Assembly (NCBI GenBank): GCA_964617475.1
Contig: CAZTYM010000004.1
Coordinates: 2,132 to 66,131 of the forward strand
DNA: 64,000 bases
DNA from: an uncultured Thiotrichales bacterium
Lineage (GTDB): Bacteria > Pseudomonadota > Gammaproteobacteria > GCA-2400775
Direction of reading: 5' to 3'
The position numbers were made by a program, and so were the translations under genes. The notes below the pieces were generated by a model. It searched no databases. It saw nothing but the letters and a program-made list of their open reading frames with translations, and was not told the origin of the DNA. Below are positions 18,282 to 28,704 of this stretch, piece by piece. Numbering within the stretch: position 1 is the stretch's first letter; each line of letters begins with the position of its first letter.

Positions 18282-19487
18282 TTATTCCCCGCTGTTACTT
18301 TGCTCTCGTTGCCATGTGCGTAGTGCGTCTAAAGATCCAGTGATATCAGGTAAGCTGATACTAAGATTTATAGACTCTAGTTCATTGAGTGTTTGCTTAA
18401 GTGCACTGCGTTTACTATTGTCGTCAAAATAAGTGTTCAACCATTGCTTGCTAATATCGAGACTTTGCTTGTAGGTCACTGTATCTCGCTGTATTAGCGA
18501 CAACCTGGCACTTTCAAGTTTTAAGCGCAGGTTTTGATAAATCAGCGCACGTTGGTCTGGCGTCAGTAATGGGTTGCCTGCGCTGCTATCTCCTCGTTCT
18601 CTAACCTTGATTGATAGTAAATCTTTAATCGATTGCAATGCCGTATTGAGACCTTGGCGAACCGGGTTGTTGCTTGTTGTCTCTTCTTTACTATTATCGG
18701 TTGTTGTTTGTGGTGTTTCTTCAGTGCTATCAAAACCGGCGAGAGTGAGTTCATTTACACGTGTTTGTAAGCTTGCAAGCGTGAGTGCGGCGCCGGCTAC
18801 ATCGACGATAACAACAGATTGTAGTTGTGTTATTTCATCAGCAATTTGAGCTCGGATATCTAGCAGTGTCGGATCTCCGGTTTCTCGCAGGCGCTGATCG
18901 GCATTGCGTAAGGCGGCGATTCCACTATCGATATTTGCAGTTAGCAGCAATTGTTGGTTAGCGAGTGATAACAGATATTCAGCCTCAGCAACCAGCCAGC
19001 CAGTCTTAGGGTTGATCTTTAGTTTGCTATGTAAGGCAGTCAGTGTTTCGGCAACTTGCTCAGTGCCACTAACTGCGTTATCGACGTCGCTTTTTAAGGT
19101 GTCAAATTGCTGGTTTTGCTGGTCAATTTTTTCACCTAAATCCGTATTGACGTGGTTGAGCTCATTCATCAATTTACGAATTTCAGTTTGTGCCGACTCG
19201 CTCTGCGTGTTAATGGCGCTATTGACGGTATTTTTTAAGTTCGCTTCGCTGCTTTGTAATTGTTGCCATAACCACCAAACACCAACGCAAGCGGCGATTG
19301 CGACAATGAGGGCAAGCAGAGCAATAAAACTTCCCTTAGAAGTAGATTTTTTAACGTCACTGTCTTTATTTTTAGATTCAACATTGTTGCCAGTGTTGCC
19401 AGTGTTGCCAGTGTTGCCAGTGTTGGCAGGGTTTTTCTTTTCCGCTGCCTTGCTGGCGTTTTTTCCGTTTTCTTTGTTGTCAGTCAC
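18282..19487 (-). CDS. hemX: HemX family protein
   Basis: Transmembrane segment plus coiled coil, W.VAEAEYLL.LANQQL, PLL.P.Q....QNLRL.L and W...YFD. GTG start at 19487 follows GAGG. Confidence 0.9.
   Translation of the reverse strand: MTDNKENGKNASKAAEKKNPANTGNTGNTGNTGNNVESKNKDSDVKKSTSKGSFIALLALIVAIAACVGVWWLWQQLQSSEANLKNTVNSAINTQSESAQTEIRKLMNELNHVNTDLGEKIDQQNQQFDTLKSDVDNAVSGTEQVAETLTALHSKLKINPKTGWLVAEAEYLLSLANQQLLLTANIDSGIAALRNADQRLRETGDPTLLDIRAQIADEITQLQSVVIVDVAGAALTLASLQTRVNELTLAGFDSTEETPQTTTDNSKEETTSNNPVRQGLNTALQSIKDLLSIKVRERGDSSAGNPLLTPDQRALIYQNLRLKLESARLSLIQRDTVTYKQSLDISKQWLNTYFDDNSKRSALKQTLNELESINLSISLPDITGSLDALRTWQREQSNSGE
19385..19425. repeat. 9-bp tandem repeat (TGTTGCCAG)x4.5 in hemX, encoding NTG repeats
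   Basis: Directly visible, in frame, in the low-complexity N-terminus. Confidence 0.9.
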
Positions 19488-19489
19488 GC

Positions 19490-20272
19490 TTACTGCCTCA
19501 ACTCGTTGGTACCACGTCGCCAATTTACTATTGCTGCTTTCATAGCTTCATCACCAGGCTCTAAGCTGGTGACAATATCACGGCGAAAACCTAGCTCCTC
19601 TGCCAGTTTGGCAGTGCGTTGGCTATTACAAGCCAATGCGGTAGTAAAAAGCCACGCTTTGTCGTCACATAGCGTGATCAGGTTTCGCAAGCCTTCTTGG
19701 CTGGTTACTGCAATGATATCGCAGTTTTGGTAGTCGATGACATCAACCAAACGCTGTTTGGGTAAATGCCGTTGATAAACCTCAATATAATCGACTTGTG
19801 CACCGCGATCGGTCAGTGTTTGTGCTAGTGTTTCTCGGCCACCGACACCGCGAATAATAGCTATGCGTTTATCAGCGACGCATTGTAATAACGGTAGCGC
19901 AAGTAGCGCTTCCGTGTTGAAGCCTGATTTTGGCAATATACTGACAGCAATGCCATGGGCGCGTAAGCTGGCTGCTGTTTTGTTGCCGACAGCAGCAATT
20001 TTTAAACCCTCAGATTGGTCGCTAAAACCGCACGCTAAGGCGTGTTTGACCGCATTTGCGCTAATAAAAATAGCGATGTTATAGCGACTCAAGTCTTGTA
20101 ACCGCTGCTCGATCATCGCTTTGTCTGATGCGGGTGCCACTTCGATTACTGGAAAGCGGATTGCTGTACCGCCTTCCGCTTCGATCATGCGACAAAACTC
20201 TTCTGCCTGGTGAGCGGGTCGCGTCACCAGAACCGAAGTATCAACTAAGGGTGGGTGCTCAGTGCTCAGCAT
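19490..20272 (-). CDS. hemD: Uroporphyrinogen-III synthase
   Basis: VLVTRP, FISANAV, AVG.KTA, RG.GGRE.L and EVYQR. ATG at 20272 overlaps the hemC end. Confidence 0.93.
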   Translation of the reverse strand: MLSTEHPPLVDTSVLVTRPAHQAEEFCRMIEAEGGTAIRFPVIEVAPASDKAMIEQRLQDLSRYNIAIFISANAVKHALACGFSDQSEGLKIAAVGNKTAASLRAHGIAVSILPKSGFNTEALLALPLLQCVADKRIAIIRGVGGRETLAQTLTDRGAQVDYIEVYQRHLPKQRLVDVIDYQNCDIIAVTSQEGLRNLITLCDDKAWLFTTALACNSQRTAKLAEELGFRRDIVTSLEPGDEAMKAAIVNWRRGTNELRQ

Positions 20273-21188
20273 GCAGCTGTGCAAGAATTTCCTTGGCTCC
20301 GCGTGAAAGCAGATCATCGGCAAGCTCAACACCGAGTTTTTCAGCTTCTTCGCGTGATCCGCTGATGCTGCCACTAATGATTTCTGAGCCGTCATTACGA
20401 GCGACCAGGCCGCGCAGCGTTAGCTCGTCATCGGCAAGCGTGGCATGGCCGCCGATTGGGACCTGACAACCACCTTCTAGCCGATGGTTCATAGCGCGCT
20501 CGGCGCGTACACGTACAGCAGTATCATCGTCGTTCAGTACCGCTATCAGTTGTTCAACTTCGTTATCGTTTTGGCGACACTCAATACCGATCGCGCCCTG
20601 GCCAATGGCAGGTAAACTGATTTTGGTATCAAGATACTCAGTAATACGTTCGCCAAGCTCGAGGCGAGTTAAGCCCGCGCTGGCTAGAATAATGGCATCG
20701 TAATCGCCGTTATCGAGTTTGCCTAGCCGGGTGCCAACGTTGCCACGTAGGTCTTTGATGACTAAATCCGGTCGTTTTGCTAACAACTGTGTTTGTCGTC
20801 TAAGGCTGGATGTGCCGACACATGCGCCTTCGGGTAATTCGGCGAAGCTCTTGTAATTATTGGAAACAAAGGCATCTCTTGGGTCTTCGCGATCGAGAAT
20901 AACCGGCATATGCAGGCCTTCGGGGAATTCTACTGGAACATCTTTGATGGAATGAACGGCGATATCGGCATTGCCTTCGAGCAGACCGACTTCTAATTCT
21001 TTTACAAATAATCCTTTGCCACCGACTTTAGCCAGCGGTGTATCGAGAATTTTATCACCCTGGGTGACCATGCGGACTAATTCAACTTGCAAGCCCGGAT
21101 GCGCTTCGCGCAGTCTTGCGCTGACATGTTCTGCTTGCCACAAGGCTAGCGGGCTCTTGCGAGTCGCAATTTTAAGATTCTTTTTCAT
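20259..21188 (-). CDS. hemC: Hydroxymethylbilane synthase
   Basis: [34 protein letters not shown] and GGCQVPIG. Confidence 0.97.
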   Translation of the reverse strand: MKKNLKIATRKSPLALWQAEHVSARLREAHPGLQVELVRMVTQGDKILDTPLAKVGGKGLFVKELEVGLLEGNADIAVHSIKDVPVEFPEGLHMPVILDREDPRDAFVSNNYKSFAELPEGACVGTSSLRRQTQLLAKRPDLVIKDLRGNVGTRLGKLDNGDYDAIILASAGLTRLELGERITEYLDTKISLPAIGQGAIGIECRQNDNEVEQLIAVLNDDDTAVRVRAERAMNHRLEGGCQVPIGGHATLADDELTLRGLVARNDGSEIISGSISGSREEAEKLGVELADDLLSRGAKEILAQLHAEH

Positions 21189-21240
21189 GTGATTTACCAA
21201 ACTGGGCGTAGCCCAAATACTAAAAATTAACGCCTTTTGA

Positions 21241-21984
21241 TTAGGCAGTCAGTGATTTTAGCATTTTGCGCACTTCGGCGAGGTGGCGGCGGCTAATCAG
21301 CAAGGCGTCTTCGCAATGTTTTAGCAAAAGATGATGGCGACCTTCGGTATGGCGCTCCATGCCTCTGACATATTTCAGTGCTACTAAGGCATTACGATGA
21401 ATGCGGAAAAAGTCTCCGGCAAACTCCTGTTCCAGTCGTCGAAGTGAATCTTCGATTAAAACCTTGCCTTCACGATGGCAAACGGTAATGTATTTTTGAT
21501 CAGCCTGAAAATAGACAATGTCAGACACATCGATTAGGTCAATATGGCCTGCATTTGAGGCACTGATATGGCTGCGTTGGCGAGGCGGTGTTTCGCTGCT
21601 GTTATTGAGTTTTTGCAGCTGGGCTTTGTTGAGTGACTGTGCACGTGCCAAAGCTTGTTCCAGATGCGCTGATTTAATCGGTTTTAGCAAATAGGCAGCG
21701 GCCTGAGCACTGAATGCGGCAAGTGCATGTTCATCGTAGGCAGTAGTAAAAATGATCGCGGGTGGATTTCTTAATTTGCACAGGTGTTCCGCTACCTCTA
21801 GCCCATCCATGCCAGGCATGCGAATATCAAGTAACAGAATGTCAGGATCATGCTGTTCGGTTTTAGCAATAGCTTGCTTACCGTTGTGGGCAATATCCAC
21901 AACTTGATGTTCTTTTTGCTCAGCAAGCATTCGCTGCAGGCGATCACATGCTAGAGGTTCGTCGTCGACAATGATAATTTTCAT
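21241..21984 (-). CDS. algR: LytTR response regulator (AlgR-like)
   Basis: REC domain ([12 protein letters not shown]) plus LytTR ([13 protein letters not shown]). Conserved position upstream of hemC. Confidence 0.88.
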   Translation of the reverse strand: MKIIIVDDEPLACDRLQRMLAEQKEHQVVDIAHNGKQAIAKTEQHDPDILLLDIRMPGMDGLEVAEHLCKLRNPPAIIFTTAYDEHALAAFSAQAAAYLLKPIKSAHLEQALARAQSLNKAQLQKLNNSSETPPRQRSHISASNAGHIDLIDVSDIVYFQADQKYITVCHREGKVLIEDSLRRLEQEFAGDFFRIHRNALVALKYVRGMERHTEGRHHLLLKHCEDALLISRRHLAEVRKMLKSLTA

Positions 21985-23063
21985 GATGAATTCACGCGTT
22001 CGTACGGTAAGGACAGGCTCACCTTGAAATATTGATCATCCTGGTAGATTTGTAACTGAGCTTCACCTTCATACCAGCCGGCAAGCCGTTGTTCTGTATT
22101 CTCTAAGGCAATGCCTGAACCTTTTTTCGACTTATCACTATTATCGGGTAGTGGGTTGCTGATAGTTAATAGCAGGGTTTTTTGATCAAATTGACCTCTG
22201 ATCTCGATACAGCCTCCTTGAGATCGCGGTTCGATGCCGTGGTAAACAGCATTTTCAACCAAGGGTTGAATGAGTAATGCAGGTACCAAAGCGTCGTTTG
22301 GTAATGCGTCAATATCCCAGTCTATTTCCAGTCGAGAGCCTAGCCTGAGTTGTTCAATTCTCAAATAGCGTTTCGCTAGAGTGATTTCTTGTTCCAGGCT
22401 GCGGTTATTTTCATGTTCGCTGAGGCTGTCGCGAAACAGGTCTGCAAGGTCTTCTACTACTGTTTCTGCTAGCTCAGGGTCACTGCCAGTCAAGCTGGCG
22501 ATGGTATTCATACTATTAAACAAAAAATGGGGCTGGATTCGCGCCTGCAAGGCGTTTAGATTTGCTCGAGCTTCAGCTTGAATTGATAGCCGCGATTGAT
22601 GTTGTACGTAAAAATAGCGTAGCGCGACTATGCTGATAATAAGTGCTATCGCGCTGTTGCGTAAAACAAAGCCAAGTTCTGAGGTCAGGTTTGCAATTGG
22701 CCACTGTGCATCGCTGAGAATCCAGTGATAGGTAACCAACGATACCAGACACGTCATACCTAAAATAATAGCCAAGCTGATAATAACGGTAGCAGCGACC
22801 TTGTGATGACCAAACCAGGGTTTACATAAACAGAGAATTGCGGTGCTACTTAAGGCGATCCACTGTACAAACAAGGAAATGAGTCCTAAATTGCTCCAGC
22901 GTTGAGTACTATTGCTTAAGGGTGCAAGCGTTAGTACAAATGCGAGTAACTCAGCGATGATGACAATAATGAGAAGCGCCCGGATTTGACAAAAATCAGG
23001 TAAAAAGCTGCTGGCATATTTCGATGCAGCGCCGTCTGTCAATGATTTGGTTTGGCTGGGCAT
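21981..23063 (-). CDS. algZ: LytS-type sensor kinase (AlgZ/FimS-like)
   Basis: FLPDFC N-terminus, ALQARIQPHFLFNSMN and QPLVENAVYHG. Confidence 0.88.
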   Translation of the reverse strand: MPSQTKSLTDGAASKYASSFLPDFCQIRALLIIVIIAELLAFVLTLAPLSNSTQRWSNLGLISLFVQWIALSSTAILCLCKPWFGHHKVAATVIISLAIILGMTCLVSLVTYHWILSDAQWPIANLTSELGFVLRNSAIALIISIVALRYFYVQHQSRLSIQAEARANLNALQARIQPHFLFNSMNTIASLTGSDPELAETVVEDLADLFRDSLSEHENNRSLEQEITLAKRYLRIEQLRLGSRLEIDWDIDALPNDALVPALLIQPLVENAVYHGIEPRSQGGCIEIRGQFDQKTLLLTISNPLPDNSDKSKKGSGIALENTEQRLAGWYEGEAQLQIYQDDQYFKVSLSLPYERVNSS

Positions 23064-23210
23064 GTAGGTTTTATTGTATGGTTGGTCTCTCTATATAGCG
23101 GCCAAAAAGACAACGTCTTTCAGAATGCCATTATAAGTCGAGTAGAATGAATTAACCGAAGTTTGCAGCAAGATTGTTATACTCCATTTCGGTATATATG
23201 AGGATAAATA

Positions 23211-24596
23211 GTGAGTAGTAACGATAAATTATGGGGTGGGCGTTTTAGTGAATCCACCGATGCCTTCGTCGAAGCATTTACTGCTTCCGTGTCTTTTGAT
23301 CAGCGGCTTTATCGTCACGATATAGCGGGGTCACGAGCGCATGCATGTATGTTGGCAAAATCTAATATTCTGACCGACGCTGAGTGTCAACAAATTCTAG
23401 ATGGACTCGATAAAGTACTCGCTGAGATTGAGAACGGTGAATTTAACTGGAGCATAGGTTTAGAAGACGTGCACATGAATATAGAGTCACGTTTGACGGC
23501 CTTAATTGGTGATGTCGGTAAAAAGCTGCATACAGGTCGTTCAAGAAATGATCAGGTGGCAACGGATATTCGTCTTTACCTTCGTGATGAAATCGATGCC
23601 ATAGTTACAGAACTTAACCGTTTACAGCTGGCCTTGATCGACCTGGCCGAAGCACAAGCAGAAACCATCATGCCTGGTTTTACCCATTTACAAACAGCTC
23701 AACCGGTTACTTTTGGTCACCATATGTTAGCGTGGCAGCAGATGTTAAGTAGGGATGCAGGGCGGATGTTAGATGCGCGTAAGCGGGTAAACCAATTGCC
23801 GTTAGGTGCAGCAGCATTGGCTGGTACCAGTTATCCTATCGATCGTCATTTTGTCGCTGAACAGTTGGGCTTTGATGGCATTTGTGAAAATTCCTTAGAT
23901 GCCGTTTCTGATCGGGATTTTGCTATAGAGTTTGTTGCTGCCTCTTCTTTGCTGCTAATGCATATGTCGCGCTTTTCTGAAGAATTGATTTTGTGGGCTT
24001 CCGCGCAATTTGATTTTATTGATTTGCCCGATCGTTATTGCACGGGTTCTTCCATCATGCCGCAAAAGAAAAACCCGGATGTTCCTGAGTTAGTGCGAGG
24101 CAAGACGGGTCGTGTGAATGGACATCTAGTGGGGCTGTTAACGTTAATGAAGTCACAGCCTCTTGCCTATAACAAGGATAATCAGGAAGATAAAGAACCT
24201 TTGTTTGATACCGTAGACACAATTCGCGCCTGCTTACGAGTGTATGCTGATATGATGCCGACGTTAAAAGTGAAGTCGGGAAATATGCGCGCTGCGGCGC
24301 TGAAAGGTTATGCGACGGCAACAGATTTAGCAGACTATCTTGTACGTAAAGGCATCGCTTTTAGAGACGCGCATGAGGTGGTTGGTCGCAGTGTTGCATT
24401 TGCCGTTGATCAAGGTAAAGACCTGGCCGAGCTAAGTTTGAGTGAGCTACAACAGTTTCATGCTGCTATAGACGATAGCGTATTTGATGTATTAACACTG
24501 GAAGGCTCAGTTAATGCGCGAAACCACATTGGCGGCACGGCGCCTGAAGTAGTAAGACGAGCAGCGCAACAGCAACGCAAAAATTTAGATAGTTAG
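23211..24596 (+). CDS. argH: Argininosuccinate lyase
   Basis: [26 protein letters not shown] and [12 protein letters not shown]. Confidence 0.97.
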   Translation: MSSNDKLWGGRFSESTDAFVEAFTASVSFDQRLYRHDIAGSRAHACMLAKSNILTDAECQQILDGLDKVLAEIENGEFNWSIGLEDVHMNIESRLTALIGDVGKKLHTGRSRNDQVATDIRLYLRDEIDAIVTELNRLQLALIDLAEAQAETIMPGFTHLQTAQPVTFGHHMLAWQQMLSRDAGRMLDARKRVNQLPLGAAALAGTSYPIDRHFVAEQLGFDGICENSLDAVSDRDFAIEFVAASSLLLMHMSRFSEELILWASAQFDFIDLPDRYCTGSSIMPQKKNPDVPELVRGKTGRVNGHLVGLLTLMKSQPLAYNKDNQEDKEPLFDTVDTIRACLRVYADMMPTLKVKSGNMRAAALKGYATATDLADYLVRKGIAFRDAHEVVGRSVAFAVDQGKDLAELSLSELQQFHAAIDDSVFDVLTLEGSVNARNHIGGTAPEVVRRAAQQQRKNLDS

Positions 24597-24599
24597 ATT

Positions 24600-25463
24600 C
24601 TAAGCGCTACCGGTTTTACTTAGGTTGTCTACTGTATGCGCGAGTAGTTCGTGCTCTGCTTTTCGTATTAGGCGTTTTGCATCATCGCCATTAGACCAAG
24701 TTGCCGTGCCAATATGTAGTTCTACTTTGTCACGGCGTTGCTCTTTTGATGCGATAGCTTCAGCTTCATCTATGTGCTGCGTTAGCTTGTCGACAAGTGT
24801 GCATGCAGCTTGGGCATCGGTTTCAGGTAATACCATGAGTAATTCACCATAACCAATACGACCGATATGGTCTGCCCAGCGTGTTTGGTCTCTCAAACTC
24901 TGAGAAATGCTTGTAATTATTTGGTCTGCCGCAGCTGGACCGAATTTTTGTGCTAGTAAGGCGATATTTCCTAGGTTAATTCTGATTACTGATAATGCAT
25001 TGAGATAGCGGCGGCTACGCGCGACTAGTGGTTCGAGCAAGTGCAATAAAGCGCGGCGATTAGGCAGCCCTGTTAGCGGGTCACGCAAACTGACCTCTTC
25101 GAGTTCGTTATTGAGTTTGTCGCGCTCCTGGCGGACATGTTGTTCAGTGCTGACGTCGATGTAGTAATGAACGCAAGCAGTGACTTGAGGTAAATGCAGC
25201 GTTCGGTTGATTGCTTTTATCCAGCGAGGACGGCGGTGCTGATTAGCAGGCAGGAAGAAGCGTTTTTCAGGGTTAAATAACCAATCGAATTCGGCTGGCA
25301 AGGTCATACGGCTACGTCCGATTAGCTCATCGGCCGGTAAGCCAACATAGTCTTCAATCACATCGTTTAGCCAAATCAATTTGGCTTGGTAGTCAAGAAT
25401 GACTACACCGAAAGGTGCATCCCCAAGTGCATGTTTTATAAGAGAAAACTCATCTTTCCCCAT
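24600..25463 (-). CDS. PAS plus degenerate GGDEF domain protein
   Basis: PAS-like N-terminus, DPLTGLPNRR and LMVLPET. The signature position reads GYGEL. Confidence 0.85.
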   Translation of the reverse strand: MGKDEFSLIKHALGDAPFGVVILDYQAKLIWLNDVIEDYVGLPADELIGRSRMTLPAEFDWLFNPEKRFFLPANQHRRPRWIKAINRTLHLPQVTACVHYYIDVSTEQHVRQERDKLNNELEEVSLRDPLTGLPNRRALLHLLEPLVARSRRYLNALSVIRINLGNIALLAQKFGPAAADQIITSISQSLRDQTRWADHIGRIGYGELLMVLPETDAQAACTLVDKLTQHIDEAEAIASKEQRRDKVELHIGTATWSNGDDAKRLIRKAEHELLAHTVDNLSKTGSA

Positions 25464-25509
25464 GACGCAACTCCCACAGATTCTTGTTAGCCGATGTGTG
25501 TATTAAGAG

Positions 25510-25536
25510 TTAACGGCAGGCTTTTAAAGTGCTTGA
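25510..25536 (-). promoter_or_regulatory. Sigma28 (FliA) promoter of the PAS-GGDEF gene
   Basis: Minus strand TCAAG-N14-GCCGTTAA, about 46 bp upstream of the ATG. Confidence 0.65.
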
Positions 25537-25685
25537 GAGATATTTTGTAAAGTTGACAAGCTGCAGGAAACACTGTTCTGGCCGCTATGTTTAGTATGGA
25601 ATGGCATTGAGTTTGCCAGGCATTTTTTGATCTATTTTCGCCTATTTTTTGAGATTTTCTTTACTTTTTAGAGGCCCGTTCGCGC

Positions 25686-28517
25686 GTGAATGTTAAAGCG
25701 ATAAAGCGACGATTTTTAGCACTAAACCATGATCGTATTGAACGCACACGGGACTCGTTGCGTGAGCATCAGCGTGATGTTTTAGATTTGTTGCCTTTAT
25801 TCTTCCATGTCAACCACCCCTTGTTACCAGGTTTCATCTCAAAAGATGTGCCCTTTGGTATTGCCGACTATCAGCCAGGAAAAGCGGTTAAGGAAGCCGC
25901 TATACGTCTGAGTAAAGGTTTTGAATATAAGCGGCGACCTTTGATTCAGTATGGAATTACCTCAGTATTTTTAATGGGCAGTAGTGGCACGGTTGCCTAT
26001 TCCGACAAAAGTGATTTCGATGTTTGGGTTTGTCACCAGCCTAGCTTAAGCAAAGCAGCATTAGCCTTGCTATCGCAAAAAGCAGAAGCGATAGAAGCAT
26101 GGGCTGATAGCATCGGAATCGAAATAAATATTTACCTGATGAACCCCGAGCAATTTCGCAAAGGACAAATGAGCGATCTGTCAGGTGAAAGTAGTGGTAG
26201 TGCTCAATACCATTTATTGCTTGATGAGTTTTATCGAACCAGTTTGTTGTTAGCAGGTTGTTACCCATTGTGGTGGTTAGTGCCACCTGAGGAAGAGCAT
26301 GATTACGAAGCGGTAGCGCATAAATTAAAGCATCATCGTTTCGTTAAGGAAGGCGAATGTATAGATTTCGGTGGCTTGTCATCGATTCCCTTGCAGGAAT
26401 TTTTTGGTGCTTCTTTATGGCAATTATTTAAAGCAATAGACTCACCTTATAAGTCAGTATTGAAATTGTTGCTGATGGAAGTATATGCAAAAAATAACTC
26501 TGATGCCGATCTTCTTTCCAGACGTTATAAGCAAGCGGTTTATGAGGGTGCAAGTGATCTAACAAAATTAGACCCTTATGTCATGCTTTATGCCAAGCTA
26601 GAGGAATACTTACTAACGTTTGGCGGAGAAGAACGAATTGATTTACTGCGTCGTTGTTTCTATTTTAAAGTTAATTTGCGGCTTAGCTACTACGGTAGAA
26701 TTCGACGATTGAACTGGCGTTGGGAATACATGGCAGAAGCAGTTAAATCATGGGGATGGGATGAGAGATATTTAAAAATTCTCGACGCGCGTAATGACTG
26801 GAAGATGCATCGTGTGATGGATGAGAGAAAAATACTCATCAATGAATTAACGCATTGTTATCGCTTTATTTCTGATTTCGTCCGTAACAATGAGGTTACA
26901 TCTAGCATTAAGCAACAAGATTTAAATTTATTGGGACGTAAGTTATTTTCAACATATGAGCGCAAAGCCGGAAAAATTGAAATCATCAACCATGGCATCA
27001 GCGCTAATCTATGGGAAAGAAGATTATCATTGCACTGTAGTATCAATAAGGCTGGCACAACCATCTGGTCACTTTATGCTGGGACAGTGGATATGTCACA
27101 AGTAGCCACTGTTCTTCCGGTAAGGAGTGCGTCTACAGTCCTTGAGCTTGTCGCTTGGGCATATTTTAATAAGATTTTAGATGCTAGTTCTGGCATTAGT
27201 GTTTACTCAGGGGCAAGCGGCTTAACGATTCGAGAGCTATCAGCCATTATTGACGTAGTCCATACAACATTCTCCAGTTTTAGTCTTTCCTCCAGCAGAA
27301 CCAGCGAGTATTCACAGTCTTCTCATATTGTCGATGCAATAGTTGTAGCGAATGTTGGTATAGATCCGATGACCTCGATTACAGGCGAAGGCAAACAACT
27401 GATGACCAATCAGACTAATGCACTTTGTTATAGTGGTATGCATCACAATTTGGTAAAAAGCTTGGATATGGTGGTGACAACCAGTTGGGGTGAAGTACTC
27501 ACTCATCATTTTTCTGGTCAAAGTGGCGTATTGGATTGTCTGTGTGAGTATGCGCGATTAGCCGTTCCAGCAAGATATTCAGCGCTGCCTTTTAGTTGCC
27601 GTAGTTTTTCCTCAGCTCGCGGAATGATGATTGGCCTGCGAATAGAGCGCTTGTTTAAAGACGTGATCAATTGTTTTTATGCAGATAAGAAGGCGCCTAA
27701 AAGACAATATATTATTGTCATTGCAGATGATTACTATGCTTTAACTATGAAAGAAGATGTGCTCAGTTATGATCATATTGGTGATTTTAATAAACTAATT
27801 GAACATCTGGCCACGGTACATACTGAATTTGTTGAAACAATAATAGATAGGTTTAGCTTAAACGGCACACTGCTGCCACTGATTTATAAGCAAAACCGTA
27901 GTGACGAAATTCAATTGTTTTACTCCATACGCGGCGAGCAAGCCGACGTATATGTTATTGATGAGTTAGGTGCTTTATTCCATCAACGTGTCGAATGTTC
28001 CAGCAGCCAGTTTCTGTTAAGACACTTTAGTGAGCTATTTGAGGCGATTGAACAGAGGAATCTTGCTCATCGAGATGCTATGCGAAAAGCTATTGTTGTT
28101 AGCTATCATGAAATTGTTGGTGGTGGTGCTTCTTCTAGAAAATTAGTGAAAAAGCATTATATGCGCCAATCTGGTGACGACAGCGTAAAAGCTTCATTGC
28201 AAGTTATCGGTAACCGTATAGGCGATACTGATTTGCAGCTTCGAGTCTTTTGTGGTGGCAGGGAGTTTAGTACGTTGGATTCGGGTGAGAATTTATTTCA
28301 GGACGTTGCAGATCACATTGTCGCGATTCGTAAACCGAGTAAATTGTATCCAATTCATATCTCTGATCTCGATATGCCGGCGTCGGTGTTATTGGCGAAA
28401 GAAAACCTCAAGTACCCTGCAACTTCACATTACTTAGTGTACAAAAAGCAGCTTGAGCAGTCGCTTAATGACGCCTTAGCGTCGGCGCATCAACAAGCTT
28501 TACCTTCTTCTGCATAG
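25686..28517 (+). CDS. cyaA: Class I adenylate cyclase
   Basis: LLP..FH.NHP.LPG, MGS.G......SDFD.W, GSAQY.LLLDEFYR, SPYKSVLKLLL.E.Y and RRCFYFK. Confidence 0.93.
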   Translation: MNVKAIKRRFLALNHDRIERTRDSLREHQRDVLDLLPLFFHVNHPLLPGFISKDVPFGIADYQPGKAVKEAAIRLSKGFEYKRRPLIQYGITSVFLMGSSGTVAYSDKSDFDVWVCHQPSLSKAALALLSQKAEAIEAWADSIGIEINIYLMNPEQFRKGQMSDLSGESSGSAQYHLLLDEFYRTSLLLAGCYPLWWLVPPEEEHDYEAVAHKLKHHRFVKEGECIDFGGLSSIPLQEFFGASLWQLFKAIDSPYKSVLKLLLMEVYAKNNSDADLLSRRYKQAVYEGASDLTKLDPYVMLYAKLEEYLLTFGGEERIDLLRRCFYFKVNLRLSYYGRIRRLNWRWEYMAEAVKSWGWDERYLKILDARNDWKMHRVMDERKILINELTHCYRFISDFVRNNEVTSSIKQQDLNLLGRKLFSTYERKAGKIEIINHGISANLWERRLSLHCSINKAGTTIWSLYAGTVDMSQVATVLPVRSASTVLELVAWAYFNKILDASSGISVYSGASGLTIRELSAIIDVVHTTFSSFSLSSSRTSEYSQSSHIVDAIVVANVGIDPMTSITGEGKQLMTNQTNALCYSGMHHNLVKSLDMVVTTSWGEVLTHHFSGQSGVLDCLCEYARLAVPARYSALPFSCRSFSSARGMMIGLRIERLFKDVINCFYADKKAPKRQYIIVIADDYYALTMKEDVLSYDHIGDFNKLIEHLATVHTEFVETIIDRFSLNGTLLPLIYKQNRSDEIQLFYSIRGEQADVYVIDELGALFHQRVECSSSQFLLRHFSELFEAIEQRNLAHRDAMRKAIVVSYHEIVGGGASSRKLVKKHYMRQSGDDSVKASLQVIGNRIGDTDLQLRVFCGGREFSTLDSGENLFQDVADHIVAIRKPSKLYPIHISDLDMPASVLLAKENLKYPATSHYLVYKKQLEQSLNDALASAHQQALPSSA

Positions 28518-28584
28518 TAAAGGTGCGGGCATTACCGTAACTAACCCTTTATACTAAGGGTTTGTCATTCATAGAGTATTCTTA

Positions 28585-28704
28585 ATGAAGATCCTTTTTA
28601 GCGTATTGCTTGTCGCGCTGCTACTAGCGAGTTGTGGTCAAAAAGGTGCTTTGGTGCTCCCCGATAACACACAAAATGATAATGAAAATAGTGAGTATGA
28701 ATAG
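28585..28704 (+). CDS. lptM: Small lipoprotein LptM/LppL (39 aa, not in the ORF track)
   Basis: MKILFSVLLVALLLAS-CGQKGALVLP, a lipobox plus the CGxKGxLxLP motif. Its stop overlaps the lysA start, the conserved position. Confidence 0.88.
   Translation: MKILFSVLLVALLLASCGQKGALVLPDNTQNDNENSEYE

Noticed and set aside
18904-19545. 213-aa plus-strand ORF with LPVLPVLPV repeats
   Set aside because: Antisense shadow of hemX. The repeat is the reverse reading of the NTG VNTR.
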